A stretch of DNA of 64,000 nt from Porphyridium purpureum (taxonomy: Eukaryota). Made by a program: the position numbers and the translations under genes. The DNA lies in contig VRMN01000004.1 in NCBI GenBank assembly GCA_008690995.1, positions 1,674,001-1,738,000 of the forward strand. The letters run 5' to 3'. Below are positions 22,050 to 34,300 of the stretch, in pieces. Each line of letters opens with the position of its first letter. Within the stretch, counting starts at the first letter, position 1. The notes under the pieces are model-generated. The model was not told where the DNA came from and did not search any database. It worked only from the letters and a program-made list of their open reading frames with translations.

Positions 22050-22529
22050 TCACAGGTACGAGTCCGGCGCTGCCGCGACTTTGGTTTCATTGACGCGAAC
22101 GTGGCTGTCCGCAAGCAAGGCGGAAGCGCGTCGGAATTGCGCTCGCAGCTGGATCATTGCACCGTCAACGTCAAATCCTGGCGGGAACACCACATTCGCA
22201 GCAAGCGGCTCGGCCGCATTTCCCTCGCTCGCCGTTTTCAGTACATCAAACTCCGTCAGCACAGTGTCCAGCGCAGCCAGGGCGCGAAAACTGCGCGTCA
22301 TCCACGCGTCCTCAATCCCATGTGTCTGCGCCAAACGTCTCCGCAGCGCGGCCTTCCACGTGCGTGCGCACGCACGACAAAACGCCAGCTCCTGGTTCAA
22401 TGCAGCTCCGCGCTCGTACCCGCTCATGTACCCGGCGCGAAAAGATACCAGCTCCGCTTGCTCCGCGCCGCGCGCAACGCCCAAGGCATAGAACTGCTCC
22501 TCGACACCTACCACGTCGTCTAGACTCAT
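22050..22529 (-). CDS. LTO1: LTO1/ORAOV1 homologue (Yae1/Lto1 family)
   Basis: MSLDDVVGVEEQFYALGVARGAEQA..FRAGYMSGYERGAALNQELAF GxxxG repeats, C-terminal LRAQFRR. Confidence 0.8.
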   Translation of the reverse strand: MSLDDVVGVEEQFYALGVARGAEQAELVSFRAGYMSGYERGAALNQELAFCRACARTWKAALRRRLAQTHGIEDAWMTRSFRALAALDTVLTEFDVLKTASEGNAAEPLAANVVFPPGFDVDGAMIQLRAQFRRASALLADSHVRVNETKVAAAPDSYL

Positions 22530-22609
22530 TGTGCAAGCTGAGTGACACGCGCTCGCCTGCTTGTGCGCGTGCACGTGACGCACAGACGCGGCAAGGCAGA
22601 GTCTCGAAC

Positions 22610-23071
22610 ATGGTGCGCGTCGAGCTGTGCTTTGGGGGCGGCCTGGAGGCTTTGCTAGGCGGTCAAAAGAGGACGCCAGTGGATGTGCCCGACGAGTGCC
22701 GCACGATGGGCAAGCTGATTTTGTGGATTCGCGACACGCTGATCTCCGAGCGGCACGACATGTTTATGAAGGACGACTGCGTGTACGTTCATTTCGGGGT
22801 TTTCCAGCATTCGGTAAATCCTGTTCTGCCGGTTGCGTTGTGAGACGGTCTCTGACATTATATGTGGCGCTGTTGCGGTTTTGTGCCTCTTTCCTTTCCA
22901 TTACGGATTGCGTTTCTTCGTCTCCTCTTTGTGTCTGCCTTCCTTACTGTCAGTCGACCGGGCATTCTGGTTCTCATCAACAGCAGTGACTGGGAGCTCG
23001 AAGGCACGACGCAATATGTGCTCGAGCCTGGTGATTCCATCAGCTTTATCTCAACGCTTCATGGTGGTTAA
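22610..23071 (+). CDS. URM1: Ubiquitin-related modifier 1, two exons (22610-22782, 22954-23071)
   Basis: FGGGLE...[26 protein letters not shown]...FISTLHGG stop. Splicing restores the [10 protein letters not shown] motif. Confidence 0.95.
22783..22953 (+). other. Spliceosomal intron (171 nt, GTACGT...CAG) in URM1
   Basis: Canonical donor, pyrimidine-rich tract and CAG acceptor. Phase 2, within the Val codon. Confidence 0.9.
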
Positions 23072-24249
23072 GCACCACTCGCAAAGGATTGCAAGGGCTA
23101 GTCTAGAGACGACCCGTGGCCGACGTTGTTGTCAATGCGTTTTTTTATTGGTTGCTCGCGGACGTACATTGTGATTTGCAAGAGATGATTGTCTGGCGCG
23201 AGCTGCTTTCACATTTGCCATCTCATGCGTTTGTCGAATCGAATCGATCATCTTTATGAAGGCGTGCCTAGTTGCAGTCATTCCGGGGTTCTTGTCAATA
23301 TGCTCACTGGGGCAGATGGGCTCGCGAGCTACTGAAAGACCCTGGCCGAGCGTTTAGGGATGCTTTGTGGTGATCAAAATGCAGGACAATCTATGCACGA
23401 CTGATGCCAGCTCTTGGATAGCACAGGCACACGGAAGGCTGCCTTGCAGCTGAAAGTCGCGTCACGCGAGATGCCTGGGCAAGAGTTGCGCTCGGCGAAG
23501 GAGGCAACTCTAAGCTTTCGGACTCAGAATGTGATTCGTTCGGACAGGAGGCTATGCATCCTGCGGGAGTTCAAAAGGAGACGATTCTACCCGAGAGCAC
23601 TGAGCACGTCCTCAGCGCGTTCGATCAATAGCTCGTGGAATAGCCGCTGGTGATCTTGCGCTACTGGAGAAGCTGCAGTAAAGAGTATTCAGCAACCTCA
23701 ACGATAGAATGGAACAGCAAAATAGTCCATAATTTCTCGCGGACAGCAGGTGGCAGAAGAAAGAAAGAAAAAAACCCGAATGCGTGGAGCTGCTCTCAAT
23801 CTTCGCCGGCTGTATGCTCCGCAGCCTAGCGGCTCAGGCTCCAGGCAAACGTTTGCTCTCGTCGCCATAGGTCCTTGAAATAACCGTACTGCCTGTAGAA
23901 GCGGCTGGAACTCCTCTCACACTCATGCGCTCTTGTGCATGAAGCCTCATTTGACATCTCATCGTCATGTCGTTCAAGGCAAAGTTCGCGATGCTGTTCC
24001 TTGAGCCCGGACCAGACCTATGACGTGCAGTACAACAGAAGCTCGTGAAACGTAAAAGCTCATATCTGACGCAAGTCACTGCCGTTCTTGCAACGTATCA
24101 TCTTCTGGCGCCAGCGTCTGTCTGTGCATGAGAGCTGACTACTTGACTGGTTGGTGCTTTGTCCACCCAACTCTGCAATCAAAGCGCGATTCAACGAACG
24201 AACCCAGGAGCGAAAGGGCGAGGCGTTCGCTCGTCCGAATCGTGTAAGG

Positions 24250-26088
24250 ATGGGATCGCCGGACGCCGACCGGCGGCGCAAGGCATTGTACTATTCGGCG
24301 GTGTTTCTCGTGGGGCTATGTATCGGCGGCATGCTGGCATTACCGGGCGTTTACCGCCGCATGCTCGAGCTGGACCACCAAGAGTCCTTGGCGCTTTCTG
24401 ATGCCATGCAGCGCACAGCAGAAAACGCGTCCGAGTTTGCTGCGGTAGACGAACAACAGGTCACTCGTGATGCGCAGAAGGAGCCCGTGGTTTGCGAGCC
24501 GGTTGAGGAAGAATCGGACATCCAAGCACAAAAAGACAGCACGGAGCAACGCACACCACAGGAACATGCACAGGAGCTAGCTGGTCAGGAACAACTGGAA
24601 GAGGAAGTTGAAGTGGTGACCGAGTACCGGCGATCGGGAGGCACCAAGTGCACCTCGCCTCTGACGTTGGTCTCGCTGGATCCATTCATTTATGTCCCGG
24701 CACAACGATCAAACCTGTTCGTTGTGGACGCGTTTCTGGGGACACCGAACACGGAGCTGAAGACAGCCGACCTGCACATCGAGCTGTGGTACAGCTGGAA
24801 TGCTGTGTTCCAAACGCCGTCGCAAGAATTTGAGATTATCGTCAGAGGCCTTTCGATGGGAATAGTGGAGCTCGAGTTCACACCGACTGCCGAAGGCACA
24901 GAAGACTCATCCGAAAGAAACGAGCAGCAGTCCATTTTATGTCACGTGCAGGCACCCGGCCACATCCATTCATATGTTACTAACTTTGTGTGCAGGGATG
25001 TCCCTGTGCCCAGTACGTCCTTGGCTTCTGGGTCAGACTCTACATCGCCATCGACGCGAGTGTCCGGAAGACTGCGCGTTAAGAACGATGCAAATGAAAA
25101 ACTGGGCAAATTGAAAGTCATCCCGATCCAGGAGCTGGGAGAAATAGCGCTGCATGCTTGCGAGTGGGATCCTGACATTGGCCATACGCCAATTTCTCGG
25201 CAGGGTGGGACTTCTGCCGCGCTGGTCACATTGATCAAGCCGCTGCATGAACCTCACCTCGTTGGCGAAATGCGCAGGTGGGTGCTCTATCATTTGGCGC
25301 TCGGATTCTCGCACATCTTCATCTATGTTGATGGTGACGTTGCACCTATTCGCACGACTTTGGAGCCGTTTTTGAGCAAAGGCCTGCTTTCAGTGATCGC
25401 GACTCGACGGATTGAAATTCCGTGGTTCACGACAATCATGCCAAATGGTCCGATGCGCGCAAATATGAAAGCGGCGCATGCCAGTGTGGTGTTTTCGGCG
25501 CACGTGGACCGGTACAAATCGTATTTTTCGCACATGGCCATTCTTAATATGGACGAATACTTGTACGTGGATGCTCCGGCGGTTGGAGGGAAAGTGCCAG
25601 ATCCGGTCATTAGCAAGTTGATTGACCACATGAAACAGTTGGCCAAGACCGCCTCGAGCAGTGAGAGTGTCGAAGTGTGTCGAGAGACTCGCATTGCTTT
25701 CGGAGGCTCCACAGAAACATATGCAGACGATCTGAAAAACAGGGTACAGATTTTCGAGGGCAACATGCACGAACGGGCAGAGACAAGCAACGGCCAGTCG
25801 CGCGCGCTTTTCGAATCCCGATCCGTGGAGGATCTCGCGTATGCTGACATGCGTGGCCCACAACGCCAGTTCTATGCGCATCCGTGCAGAAATGTTACGT
25901 CGCGCGGCGTCATGCCCGCTGTTGAATACCAGTACGTAGACACTAGCGTCGCACACGTGGTTCTCTCGGATCGTGACGCGACCCCAACAGCCACTGCCTC
26001 CGAAAAGCCCGGCTCATTGCCTGCTCGCTTGGCAGACAGTATATCTCTATATCGCAGACGCTTTACGAAGACGACGGGCATCGAGTAG
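24250..26088 (+). CDS. Glycosyltransferase family 92-like type II membrane protein
   Basis: N-terminal TM helix and acidic stem. EMRRWVLYHLALGFSHIFIYVD and AILNMDEYLY. Confidence 0.7.
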   Translation: MGSPDADRRRKALYYSAVFLVGLCIGGMLALPGVYRRMLELDHQESLALSDAMQRTAENASEFAAVDEQQVTRDAQKEPVVCEPVEEESDIQAQKDSTEQRTPQEHAQELAGQEQLEEEVEVVTEYRRSGGTKCTSPLTLVSLDPFIYVPAQRSNLFVVDAFLGTPNTELKTADLHIELWYSWNAVFQTPSQEFEIIVRGLSMGIVELEFTPTAEGTEDSSERNEQQSILCHVQAPGHIHSYVTNFVCRDVPVPSTSLASGSDSTSPSTRVSGRLRVKNDANEKLGKLKVIPIQELGEIALHACEWDPDIGHTPISRQGGTSAALVTLIKPLHEPHLVGEMRRWVLYHLALGFSHIFIYVDGDVAPIRTTLEPFLSKGLLSVIATRRIEIPWFTTIMPNGPMRANMKAAHASVVFSAHVDRYKSYFSHMAILNMDEYLYVDAPAVGGKVPDPVISKLIDHMKQLAKTASSSESVEVCRETRIAFGGSTETYADDLKNRVQIFEGNMHERAETSNGQSRALFESRSVEDLAYADMRGPQRQFYAHPCRNVTSRGVMPAVEYQYVDTSVAHVVLSDRDATPTATASEKPGSLPARLADSISLYRRRFTKTTGIE

Positions 26089-26619
26089 GGTGCTTTTGGA
26101 GCATCTCACATACACAAAACAAAAAATAAAAAATACATGCGTGGGAGGCAACGTCTGTTCGGCGCCCCCGAAGTCGACTTTTCCACATCCAAAGCGGCGT
26201 CACGTGCAGAACGAGAGATTCACGCCGACAAAGTGACAGCCGCGAAGGCAGGCAGGCGAAAATTAGAGCACGTCCATTACCACAGGCATCTCACACATCC
26301 GCTATCGCATGTCTTGTGCGCACGTCAAGCGGTCGCTATTGCACCCTTGCCAATACACAGCTGCAATGCTCTTTCCTCACACAGCATTCCTTTGCAATGC
26401 TAATAAGAGATCATACTACAATATACCTTTTGTATGATTTGGGGGAATGCGCATTGGCAGGATGGTAATGATATGTACAGTGAAAGTACAGTAATCTCGT
26501 GCGTGGTTTTCGTGTTTTTTTGTTTTTTCTTCGGCGCGCATGGAAGCAGCACGTGCGACGAAGAGCGTGCCGGTTGGAAGAGGCGGCGTGTGGTTTGGCT
26601 GTGGCATTCGATACGGAGC

Positions 26620-27300
26620 ATGGCGGCGACCGCTGCGTTTCAGGGCGCCCCGGTATGGAACGTGCGCCCGCGCTCAACGGATGGTGGCGCCGCGCGGTGC
26701 AACGGCGTAACGTGCTCGTTTCGACCCGCGGCAAAGGCGTGTGATGCGGCGTCTGCGCGTGTGAGAGGCGGTGTTGCGCAGCAGAAAGTGTTTGGCTTGA
26801 ACTCAGCGTTGGCGTCCAGATTTGTGAGGGATAAAACGGGAGGGAGGGTGCGGCGCATGGCGGAAAAGCCGAGTAGTAGTTCGAGTCAGGATCAGAAGGC
26901 CGCATCGCGCGACTCGAAAAAGGCGGCTGGCGCAACGGGAACGGACGATGCGGATGACGGCTTTGATGCGCTGCCGTCGCTAGAGCGACTGGACGTTGAT
27001 TTCTCGGTGTTCGACGAGGAGGATGAGGCAGACGAGCGCTCGCGAGGCGGACGCCCGAGCGCGGCGTCGATTCGCGCCGCCGCCGAAGCCGCCACGAGCG
27101 TGTCGGACGAGAGCACAGTAGACTTTATCAAGAACTCGCTGCTCCAGGCTGCGCAGCTCGAGTACCCGCCCCTCAAGCAGGTGGTCAAGACGTGTATTCT
27201 CGTGTTCCTCACCATCATCATGTCGAGTGTGTTTGTCACGGTGCTCGACACCGGGCTTGGCGCAATCACCAGCAAGCTGTTTGGCTACAACTATTCGTAG
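26620..27300 (+). CDS. secE: Plastid preprotein translocase subunit SecE
   Basis: MAATAAF transit peptide. C-terminal DFIKNSLLQAAQLEYPPLKQVVKTCILV..VLDTGL matches the SecE amphipathic helix + TM pattern. Confidence 0.8.
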   Translation: MAATAAFQGAPVWNVRPRSTDGGAARCNGVTCSFRPAAKACDAASARVRGGVAQQKVFGLNSALASRFVRDKTGGRVRRMAEKPSSSSSQDQKAASRDSKKAAGATGTDDADDGFDALPSLERLDVDFSVFDEEDEADERSRGGRPSAASIRAAAEAATSVSDESTVDFIKNSLLQAAQLEYPPLKQVVKTCILVFLTIIMSSVFVTVLDTGLGAITSKLFGYNYS

Positions 27301-27479
27301 TTCCACTTCCGACCTCAAACGCCGGGGTCGCAGTCCAGTAAAACGGCTCGCCGTCATTGCTCGCCTTCCGGCATCGCACACGCAGACAAACGCGCGCGCG
27401 CACACACACACGTACAAACGGATCGTCCCGCGCGCCCTTGTGTCCCGAGTCGCTTGAGGACAGAGAAGCGAGGAAGGCC

Positions 27480-30400
27480 ATGCAGCCGTGGGCAGAGGGG
27501 GCCGGAGCAATGATGCAGGAAGCCTCGGACATGGCGAGCGCGGCAGTGGCTCGCCTGGGCGCGGCAATGAGCGACGCGCAGTACTTTGAGTCATCGATGG
27601 TGGCGCCGGACGTCATCCGCGCGCAGCTGGACAGCAAGGCGGTCAAGGATAAGCTCGAGGCCATGAAGCGCCTGATTGCGCTCATTTCGCTGGGCAAGGA
27701 CGCGTCCATGTTCTTCCCAGACGTTGTCAAGAACGTGGTGGCGGCGTCGCTGGATGTGCGCAAGCTCGTGTATTTGTACCTCGTTCACTATGCGGAGCAG
27801 CAGCCAGACGTGGCGCTGCTCGCGATTAATACGTTCCAGAAGGATCTGTCGGACCCGTCGCAGCTGATTCGCGCGCTTGCCCTACGTGTTCTGTCCAGCG
27901 TGCGTGTCGTCACGATCTTGCAAGTCGTCTTGCTGGCCATCACGAGAGCCGCGCGCGATTCGTCACCCTATGTGCGCAAGACCGCCGCCTATGCGATTTC
28001 CAAGGTATTTCAGATCGATCCATCTTGTAAGGATGCCCTGTACGATCCGCTGGCCGTATTGCTCGCCGACAAAAGCACGGTCGTGCTTGGCAGCGCGCTC
28101 GCCGTACATCGTGAAGTGTTCCCTGACGATTATTCGCTGATCCACCCAGTGTTCCGCAAGGTGTGCGCCAGTATGATTGACATGGACGAGTGGAGCCAAG
28201 CAAGCAGCTTGACCACGATGCTCTACTATGCGCGCGCCAACTTTGAGCAGCCGCGCTGGACCGCTGGCCAAGGGGCCGGTAATGTACAGATCACCATGGA
28301 CAGCGATCTGGAGCGATTGCTCAAAGCAGCGACGCCTTTGCTTCGGTGCGAAAACTGCGCAGTTGTGCTAGCGGCGGTGGCACTGTTCTTTTACCTGGCC
28401 CCTCCACCCGTGTTTGAACGTGTTGCCATATCGCCCTTGCTGCGACTTGTCCACTCGCGTGAAATAGGGGTGCGGACGCTGGCTCTGAAATCGTGCGCGG
28501 CTATAGCGCAGAGGCCGCGCCTTGCGGCTGCTATAGGCCCATTCATGAGAGAGTTTTTTGTCTTCGCTGACGATGTTGCCGTCACACGCCGTCTCAAGCT
28601 TGACATTCTGTGCGAACTCGCGCGCAGCGTCAATCGGGTTGGCAATACGGTCTCAGCGGCAGGTGATGGCACCGCGTTGCTTCGCGAGTTCAAGTTCTAC
28701 TTGAGCCAGAGCAACTCTGAATTGCAGGCCGCCAAAGCAGCGCGTGCTATAGGGTCGCTGGCGCTGCGTCACCAACAGACGCAGCGTCCCGGTCGCGCAT
28801 CATCCGCCAACACGGCACTAATTGAGGACTGCGTCAGCACGTTGACACAGGCAGTGGCTCGCAGTGCGAGCGAGTCTACTGTGGCCGAAAGTGTTTTTGT
28901 GCTCAGACAACTACTGCAGCGCGCACCGGAGCAATACCAGTCGGCGTTGCAACGCCTCGCAAAGCTTTTCTGTCTGCGTCGCGTGAGCGCTTCATCCGCC
29001 CGCGCTGCGATCTGTTGGCTTATCGGTGAGTTTCAATCGTTACTTGACCAGTTTGCGCTGGGCGCCGAGTCACTGCGCGTGGCAATCATGTATTTTGCAG
29101 ATGCAAACACGGACAGCGAGTTTAAACTGCAGGCGCTTGGCCTCGCGGTCAAGGTATTCTTGTACCAGGAGAACCTGCAGAACGCCGAAAATTCCATCGA
29201 TTTGCAAGCGATCGCGGTATCGTCGGATACAGCCGCCCGGCCTGCAAGTGCATCGGACGACCAAAAACTTCGCGACAAAGTGCGTCTGATGGTACAACAC
29301 CTATTCAATCTCGCCAAGTACGACGTCGACTTTGATGTGCGTGACCGTGCACGTCTGTTGTCGCGGCTTGTCTTGGATGTTCCGCCCGGTTGCCGCGCTG
29401 CCTCAGGAAAGGCCTGCTTCGCCCTGCTCACTCGAAAGCCGTCACCGCTCGACGCGACTTCCACTGGTGCAAGCCGTCGCGCTGTCATCAATGAAGCAGC
29501 GGAAGAAGCAGAGGACGATGCCACTCTTCGCGCGAAGGACGATAGTATGAAACCCGAACACGAACCCATACTGCTTACGTCGCTTTCGTTTGCCACTGAT
29601 TGCGCCGCGCCGGGATATCGCGCGATTCCTGCGTGGGGCTCGTCCCTGTCGGATCCAGAGCTCCGTCGCAGCGCGTTTGACGACACATCCGCGGTTGCTG
29701 CATCGGCATCGGCGGGTGCTGGCATCTCAAGCGGAATGGATGCTCTCGGGACGATGGGCACGGCAAGCGCGCGCGCCGGATCGCGTTCGTACAGCCAGTC
29801 GAACGGTTCCACAGAAACAGGTTCATCAGACTTATTCGGAATGCATCGGCGCGCGCAGCAGAGTCATATATCAGAAGCTAAGTTTTACGAGGACCAGGGT
29901 GACGAAGACAGCGAGGAAGAGGATGACGAGGAAGAAGAGGAAGATGCCGCGCGCAGCCCGCAAAAAGCCGTCGCTACATCAGCCACAAGCCAGATCACTG
30001 ATTTGATGAGCGATTTATTCGGTGCTCCTGCTGTGGCAACCGGACAATCAACGTCTGCGCGTGCTTCCGGTGGCGGCGGGTCGCTCGATTGGCTGTCTGG
30101 CTTCACCTCTGGGATAACCAAGCAAAACTACGTGACTAGTGACGGGGATGGCGATTTAGATACGAGTGTGTACTGGACACGGGTGCTGGACTCGTGGGCA
30201 AGCGGGAATGATCTGGACATTGATGTCGATACGGCGTTTCCGCGAACGGGCTCCCGGTTCGGACACGCATGGACCGTGCTTCATCTCCGCTTGACCAATC
30301 GCGGCAAGCAAGCGCTCTCGCGTCTTCAAATAACTTGTGAGAACAAGGCGAGTGAATCCGACAACAGCTCGCGACAGCTCGAGCTCCGGCCGGACCCATC

Positions 30401-31115
30401 AACCGAGGCAATGCCCGGGTCCGACTTGCGTGCGCTGGAGCCAGGCAAACAGCTCGTTCTTACGTTCCATGCAAATGTGGCCGACCATAATGCCGAGCTG
30501 CATCTTCTTGTGGAAACTGCTTTGACAACCGACGACACGAGCTCCACGGGCACTGGCCGCTGTGCTCGGCTTGTGATCAAGCCCAAGATTGCTGAGATTC
30601 TCAAGCCAGACCCATCCCTTACGCTTGCGGAATTTCTCACCGAGTCGCGCAAACTGGGAGGCATGTTTTCACAACAAGAGCGTGTTGAGCTTGCCGTGAA
30701 GGAGCAGCTTAGTCCCGAGCAGGCAGTGTATGCGTGGCAGGTTGACCTGAAACGTCGCGTGCTGGCGCGCACGAATATGGCAATGATTGGGTCTGGCCCA
30801 TACGCCGCGAGCCTCGACGACGACACCATTGCTTCTCACGCTTCTGCCAAGCGCCAGAGTCCAGCACAGCGCTTCTGCGCGCGACTTCCCGGCTCATCGA
30901 GCCGCGTGCTCCTGACGGTGGCTGTCGAGACCGCCACGCAGACACCGAGCCGATCATCAGGCGAGGGAGCAAGCCCAGACTCGCCTGAACAGACGCCGCA
31001 ACCGGAACCGTCGAAGCGTCCTGGAGGCGTGGTTGCGCATGTCTGCGCGCAGTGCGAAGACGTGCTGGTTGCTGCCAACCTTTTGGCCTCCATCCGCGCA
31101 TTCCTAGTGGCCTGA
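27480..31115 (+). CDS. AP3B: AP-3 complex subunit beta
   Basis: KLEAMKRLIALISLGKDASMFFPDVVKNV..KLVYLYLVHYAE..LLAINTFQKDLSD..IRALALRVLSS, DEWSQ, YDVDFDVRDRAR, acidic hinge. Confidence 0.92.
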   Translation: MQPWAEGAGAMMQEASDMASAAVARLGAAMSDAQYFESSMVAPDVIRAQLDSKAVKDKLEAMKRLIALISLGKDASMFFPDVVKNVVAASLDVRKLVYLYLVHYAEQQPDVALLAINTFQKDLSDPSQLIRALALRVLSSVRVVTILQVVLLAITRAARDSSPYVRKTAAYAISKVFQIDPSCKDALYDPLAVLLADKSTVVLGSALAVHREVFPDDYSLIHPVFRKVCASMIDMDEWSQASSLTTMLYYARANFEQPRWTAGQGAGNVQITMDSDLERLLKAATPLLRCENCAVVLAAVALFFYLAPPPVFERVAISPLLRLVHSREIGVRTLALKSCAAIAQRPRLAAAIGPFMREFFVFADDVAVTRRLKLDILCELARSVNRVGNTVSAAGDGTALLREFKFYLSQSNSELQAAKAARAIGSLALRHQQTQRPGRASSANTALIEDCVSTLTQAVARSASESTVAESVFVLRQLLQRAPEQYQSALQRLAKLFCLRRVSASSARAAICWLIGEFQSLLDQFALGAESLRVAIMYFADANTDSEFKLQALGLAVKVFLYQENLQNAENSIDLQAIAVSSDTAARPASASDDQKLRDKVRLMVQHLFNLAKYDVDFDVRDRARLLSRLVLDVPPGCRAASGKACFALLTRKPSPLDATSTGASRRAVINEAAEEAEDDATLRAKDDSMKPEHEPILLTSLSFATDCAAPGYRAIPAWGSSLSDPELRRSAFDDTSAVAASASAGAGISSGMDALGTMGTASARAGSRSYSQSNGSTETGSSDLFGMHRRAQQSHISEAKFYEDQGDEDSEEEDDEEEEEDAARSPQKAVATSATSQITDLMSDLFGAPAVATGQSTSARASGGGGSLDWLSGFTSGITKQNYVTSDGDGDLDTSVYWTRVLDSWASGNDLDIDVDTAFPRTGSRFGHAWTVLHLRLTNRGKQALSRLQITCENKASESDNSSRQLELRPDPSTEAMPGSDLRALEPGKQLVLTFHANVADHNAELHLLVETALTTDDTSSTGTGRCARLVIKPKIAEILKPDPSLTLAEFLTESRKLGGMFSQQERVELAVKEQLSPEQAVYAWQVDLKRRVLARTNMAMIGSGPYAASLDDDTIASHASAKRQSPAQRFCARLPGSSSRVLLTVAVETATQTPSRSSGEGASPDSPEQTPQPEPSKRPGGVVAHVCAQCEDVLVAANLLASIRAFLVA

Positions 31116-31358
31116 GCGCCGCGCATCACGCATGCGTGCACACCACAGCCAGCACCAGCCGGGTGCTTGTTTCCTCTGCACCGCGTCTCGTAACGAAATA
31201 AAAACTCGCTGAACCGTTTGAGCCGTTTAAACCGTTAACGCCACAACCGCGGTTTTTTTTTTTTTGTTCTTGGCGTGGCACGTGCGAGCATAGGCGTGGT
31301 GAGGCAGGCAAGCGCTGCGGTTGGAAGATTGGTGTGCGAAGGGAGGGGGCGCCGCGAG

Positions 31359-34300
31359 ATGCGATCGCTGGCTGCATGGCTGGCAGCGCTAGCGAACAAG
31401 TATGGCGCGCCCGTGCTTGCATTTCTGGACGGCGAGTTCAGCGAGTCGAATCTGTCCATTGTGCTGCTCCGCCGACGGCTCGTGCTGCGCAACCTCACGC
31501 TCAAGTGTGATGAGTTGGAGCGAAAGATTCTGCGTCGGCTGCGTGTGCCGCTCACCGTCAAGAGCTTTGTATTGTCCGAGCTGACTATCGAGCTGGGGCT
31601 CGATCTCACCATTCGGCTGCACATCAATGGCGTGCTGCTGACAATTCAGATGATGCAGCGCGTTTTCGAAGTTGACGACTTTATCGACGGCCCTGCACTG
31701 AAGCAATTCGTCAAAGACGTATGCAATAAGGATGCCAGCTTTCGCTCTGCGCTTCGAGCACTCGTTTTGCTCCGCCTGGCCCGGGGCTGGGAGCAAGACC
31801 AAGGCGAGGGTCACGCTGCACCCATCGACCCAAATCCGCGGCGTGTTACATCTGGCGGTGCGTTCTGGGAGCCGCTTGTCAGGTTTGCCGTGACGCGCGC
31901 AAAAGTCGAGCTCGAAAACTTGGTCGTGCGCTTCGAAGACTTGCCTCTCACCAAGGAAACAGAAAAGGATATTGCATTCGGCTGCGCCGTGGGCTGTCGA
32001 ATTCCGCGACTCATATTACGGCCATTTGACTCGCTCATGCAAACGCCTGGTCTGGACGACGCCGCGAATGCGGCTTTTTTCGCACCGGGCGGCATGGTAC
32101 GCGTGGGTGCGCACATCATGGGTCTCGAGCTGTATCTAGACACAGACGGCGTTGCCGCGAGTGCTGCCAAGCCAGCTGCACCTATCCTTGCTGGGTCGAA
32201 GCACGACCTCGCCATGTACTCCACGTGTACCTTTCTGCGCCCTGCGGACGTGCTGTGTCCCATTCGTGTCGGTGGCATCGATGAAGGCTTTAAAATCTAC
32301 TTTATTGCGCTCGTGAATGACTGGAACTTCCGAATGACCGAGACGCAATTCTACCGCGGTATTCGTGCTCTGATGCGCATCAACACGGTTGAAATGGAAA
32401 AGAGTTCGGCTTTTGCCGCCGCCTACAACGCGCGCTCTCTGAAGAACAGTTGGGCCTCGCCTCTTCAGCTCCTGCGCTATCGAAAGCGATTTCGCAAAAT
32501 TCTCACAGCTTCCAGTGGTGGATCAAGTGCAGTTGGAGCTCGCTCGTCGAATGCTACAGTAGGGAGCGCTAGGCAGAATGATCAGGCCGGAAATGGGCTC
32601 GATTCTACACGAGAAAGCCGCACACGCTCGCGCACGCGTTCACGTCATCCGCAGTGGGACAGCAGTGGCCCTGATGCAGAGCCAGTCTTGCATGGTGAAG
32701 GAGGAGGTTTGGTGAGGTCGTCGTCGTCACATGATGCTCTGGTACATGGGAAGAGCAGGAAAGCAGTGGCTTTTCAGGAGGAAGCGGCTGCCGCTAGAAA
32801 TCGTAAGGAAGACGAAAGCAAACGTTCTGCGGTCTCTGTGGCTGCGGCGGCGGATGGATCATCTCGCACCGGCGAACAAGCTTCTTCAATGTCGACACCG
32901 CTCCAGCACAGGCGAAGTAGAAGCTTGCTGAGCGAGGTGGTGAACCAGACACAAAGCGAGCAGCCGCGAAGCTTGACCCCGAAGCGCTCACAGCACTTGC
33001 GGAAAAGCAGCACGGCGTCGGAGACCATCATGGCTTCCTACACGCAGCGCCAGAACCAAGTAATATCACACCTTTCACCTCGTTGGAAGTATGCACTGAC
33101 TTGCGTGATTACAGACGTCACGGAGAGACGGCAGAGGCTGCGATCATCCTTCTTTGCCCAGCGCCGCGAGCGCAAAGAGTTGTACATCGCGGCTTACTCG
33201 GCATTTCATATCGAACTGAAGAAAGGCACTGAGAGTGCTGTCTTGGCCAGTGAGATGGAGTTGGAGCTTGAAGAGGTGCTTTTCTTTCGCTCGATTGCCG
33301 AGCAGCGCTTCCTGCGCAAAGCTTGCAGCCTCCCGGATGCCCGCGATGCGGACCTGCTTTATCCATTTCCCAAGCCAGGATCTTCAGAGTTCCAAGCACA
33401 AGATGCTGAGCTTGCGCTGCGGCACGCGTTTTCCGAGTGTCGCAACGAAATCAAGGAAACGTACGAGACATGGGAAGTAGGCAGCGTGAATGAGCAGCTG
33501 CAGCTGACTTGTCCTGTGCGGAGCTCATGTGACCTGCGGCTGCGCGTGGCGTTTCCGCGCTTCCATTTTGACATGCTCGAAGGCTCAGAGCTGGAAAAGC
33601 CCCGTATTGCGTTTTTGATCGAGGACGGGCGAGTGGATGTCAATGTAGGGCTTATTACCAAGTCAATCCTTGTAGACCTGGAAGTTGGCGCACTGACAGC
33701 CACAACTCCCGATGGGCGGCGCATGATTTGTCCGCGCGTGCAAAAGAGCGAGTCGCATTCATTGAGCGGTCGAACGCCGCATCCGCTTCCGAATTGGTAC
33801 ACTTCATATCTATCCTCGCGTGCGCGCAAGAACGCTGGTCTCGTGAATGCCCAGAAAGATCCGCTGCTATGGCTGGAGTTCCGCAACGACCAAGGACTCA
33901 GTGCGGCGCCTCAGATGCTTCATATGTTGTTAAACCCGATTGACGTGTACACAACGGCGCAGGACATCAAGTTTATATTTGTGTACTTTGTGGAACATCT
34001 CGTAGACACCAACAAGTCAGCTTACACGTCAAAAAGCTACGCCAAGACGCTGCATCGAGCCTTGCGCTCGATGGAGAAAGACTTACTGGGCGCACGCGGC
34101 TGTGGCTTTCTGTGGTCGCAGTTTGCACGCAACGTATTTTTAGACATTCGCATGCTGACACCGCGCGTTCACTGGGGCCGAGCGCCCTTTCTCACTGAGT
34201 ACTTTGACGCGTTATACACGGTTGATGCAGGTGAGCCGTTGCCGCGTGGTATCCGACCTTCGCGTCATGGGGTTTTGTGCTTTGAAATCAGTGGCGACTT

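Noticed and set aside
23100..24200. 1.1 kb gap with protein-like broken minus-strand frames
   Set aside because: May be another fossil gene, but no family could be recognised.
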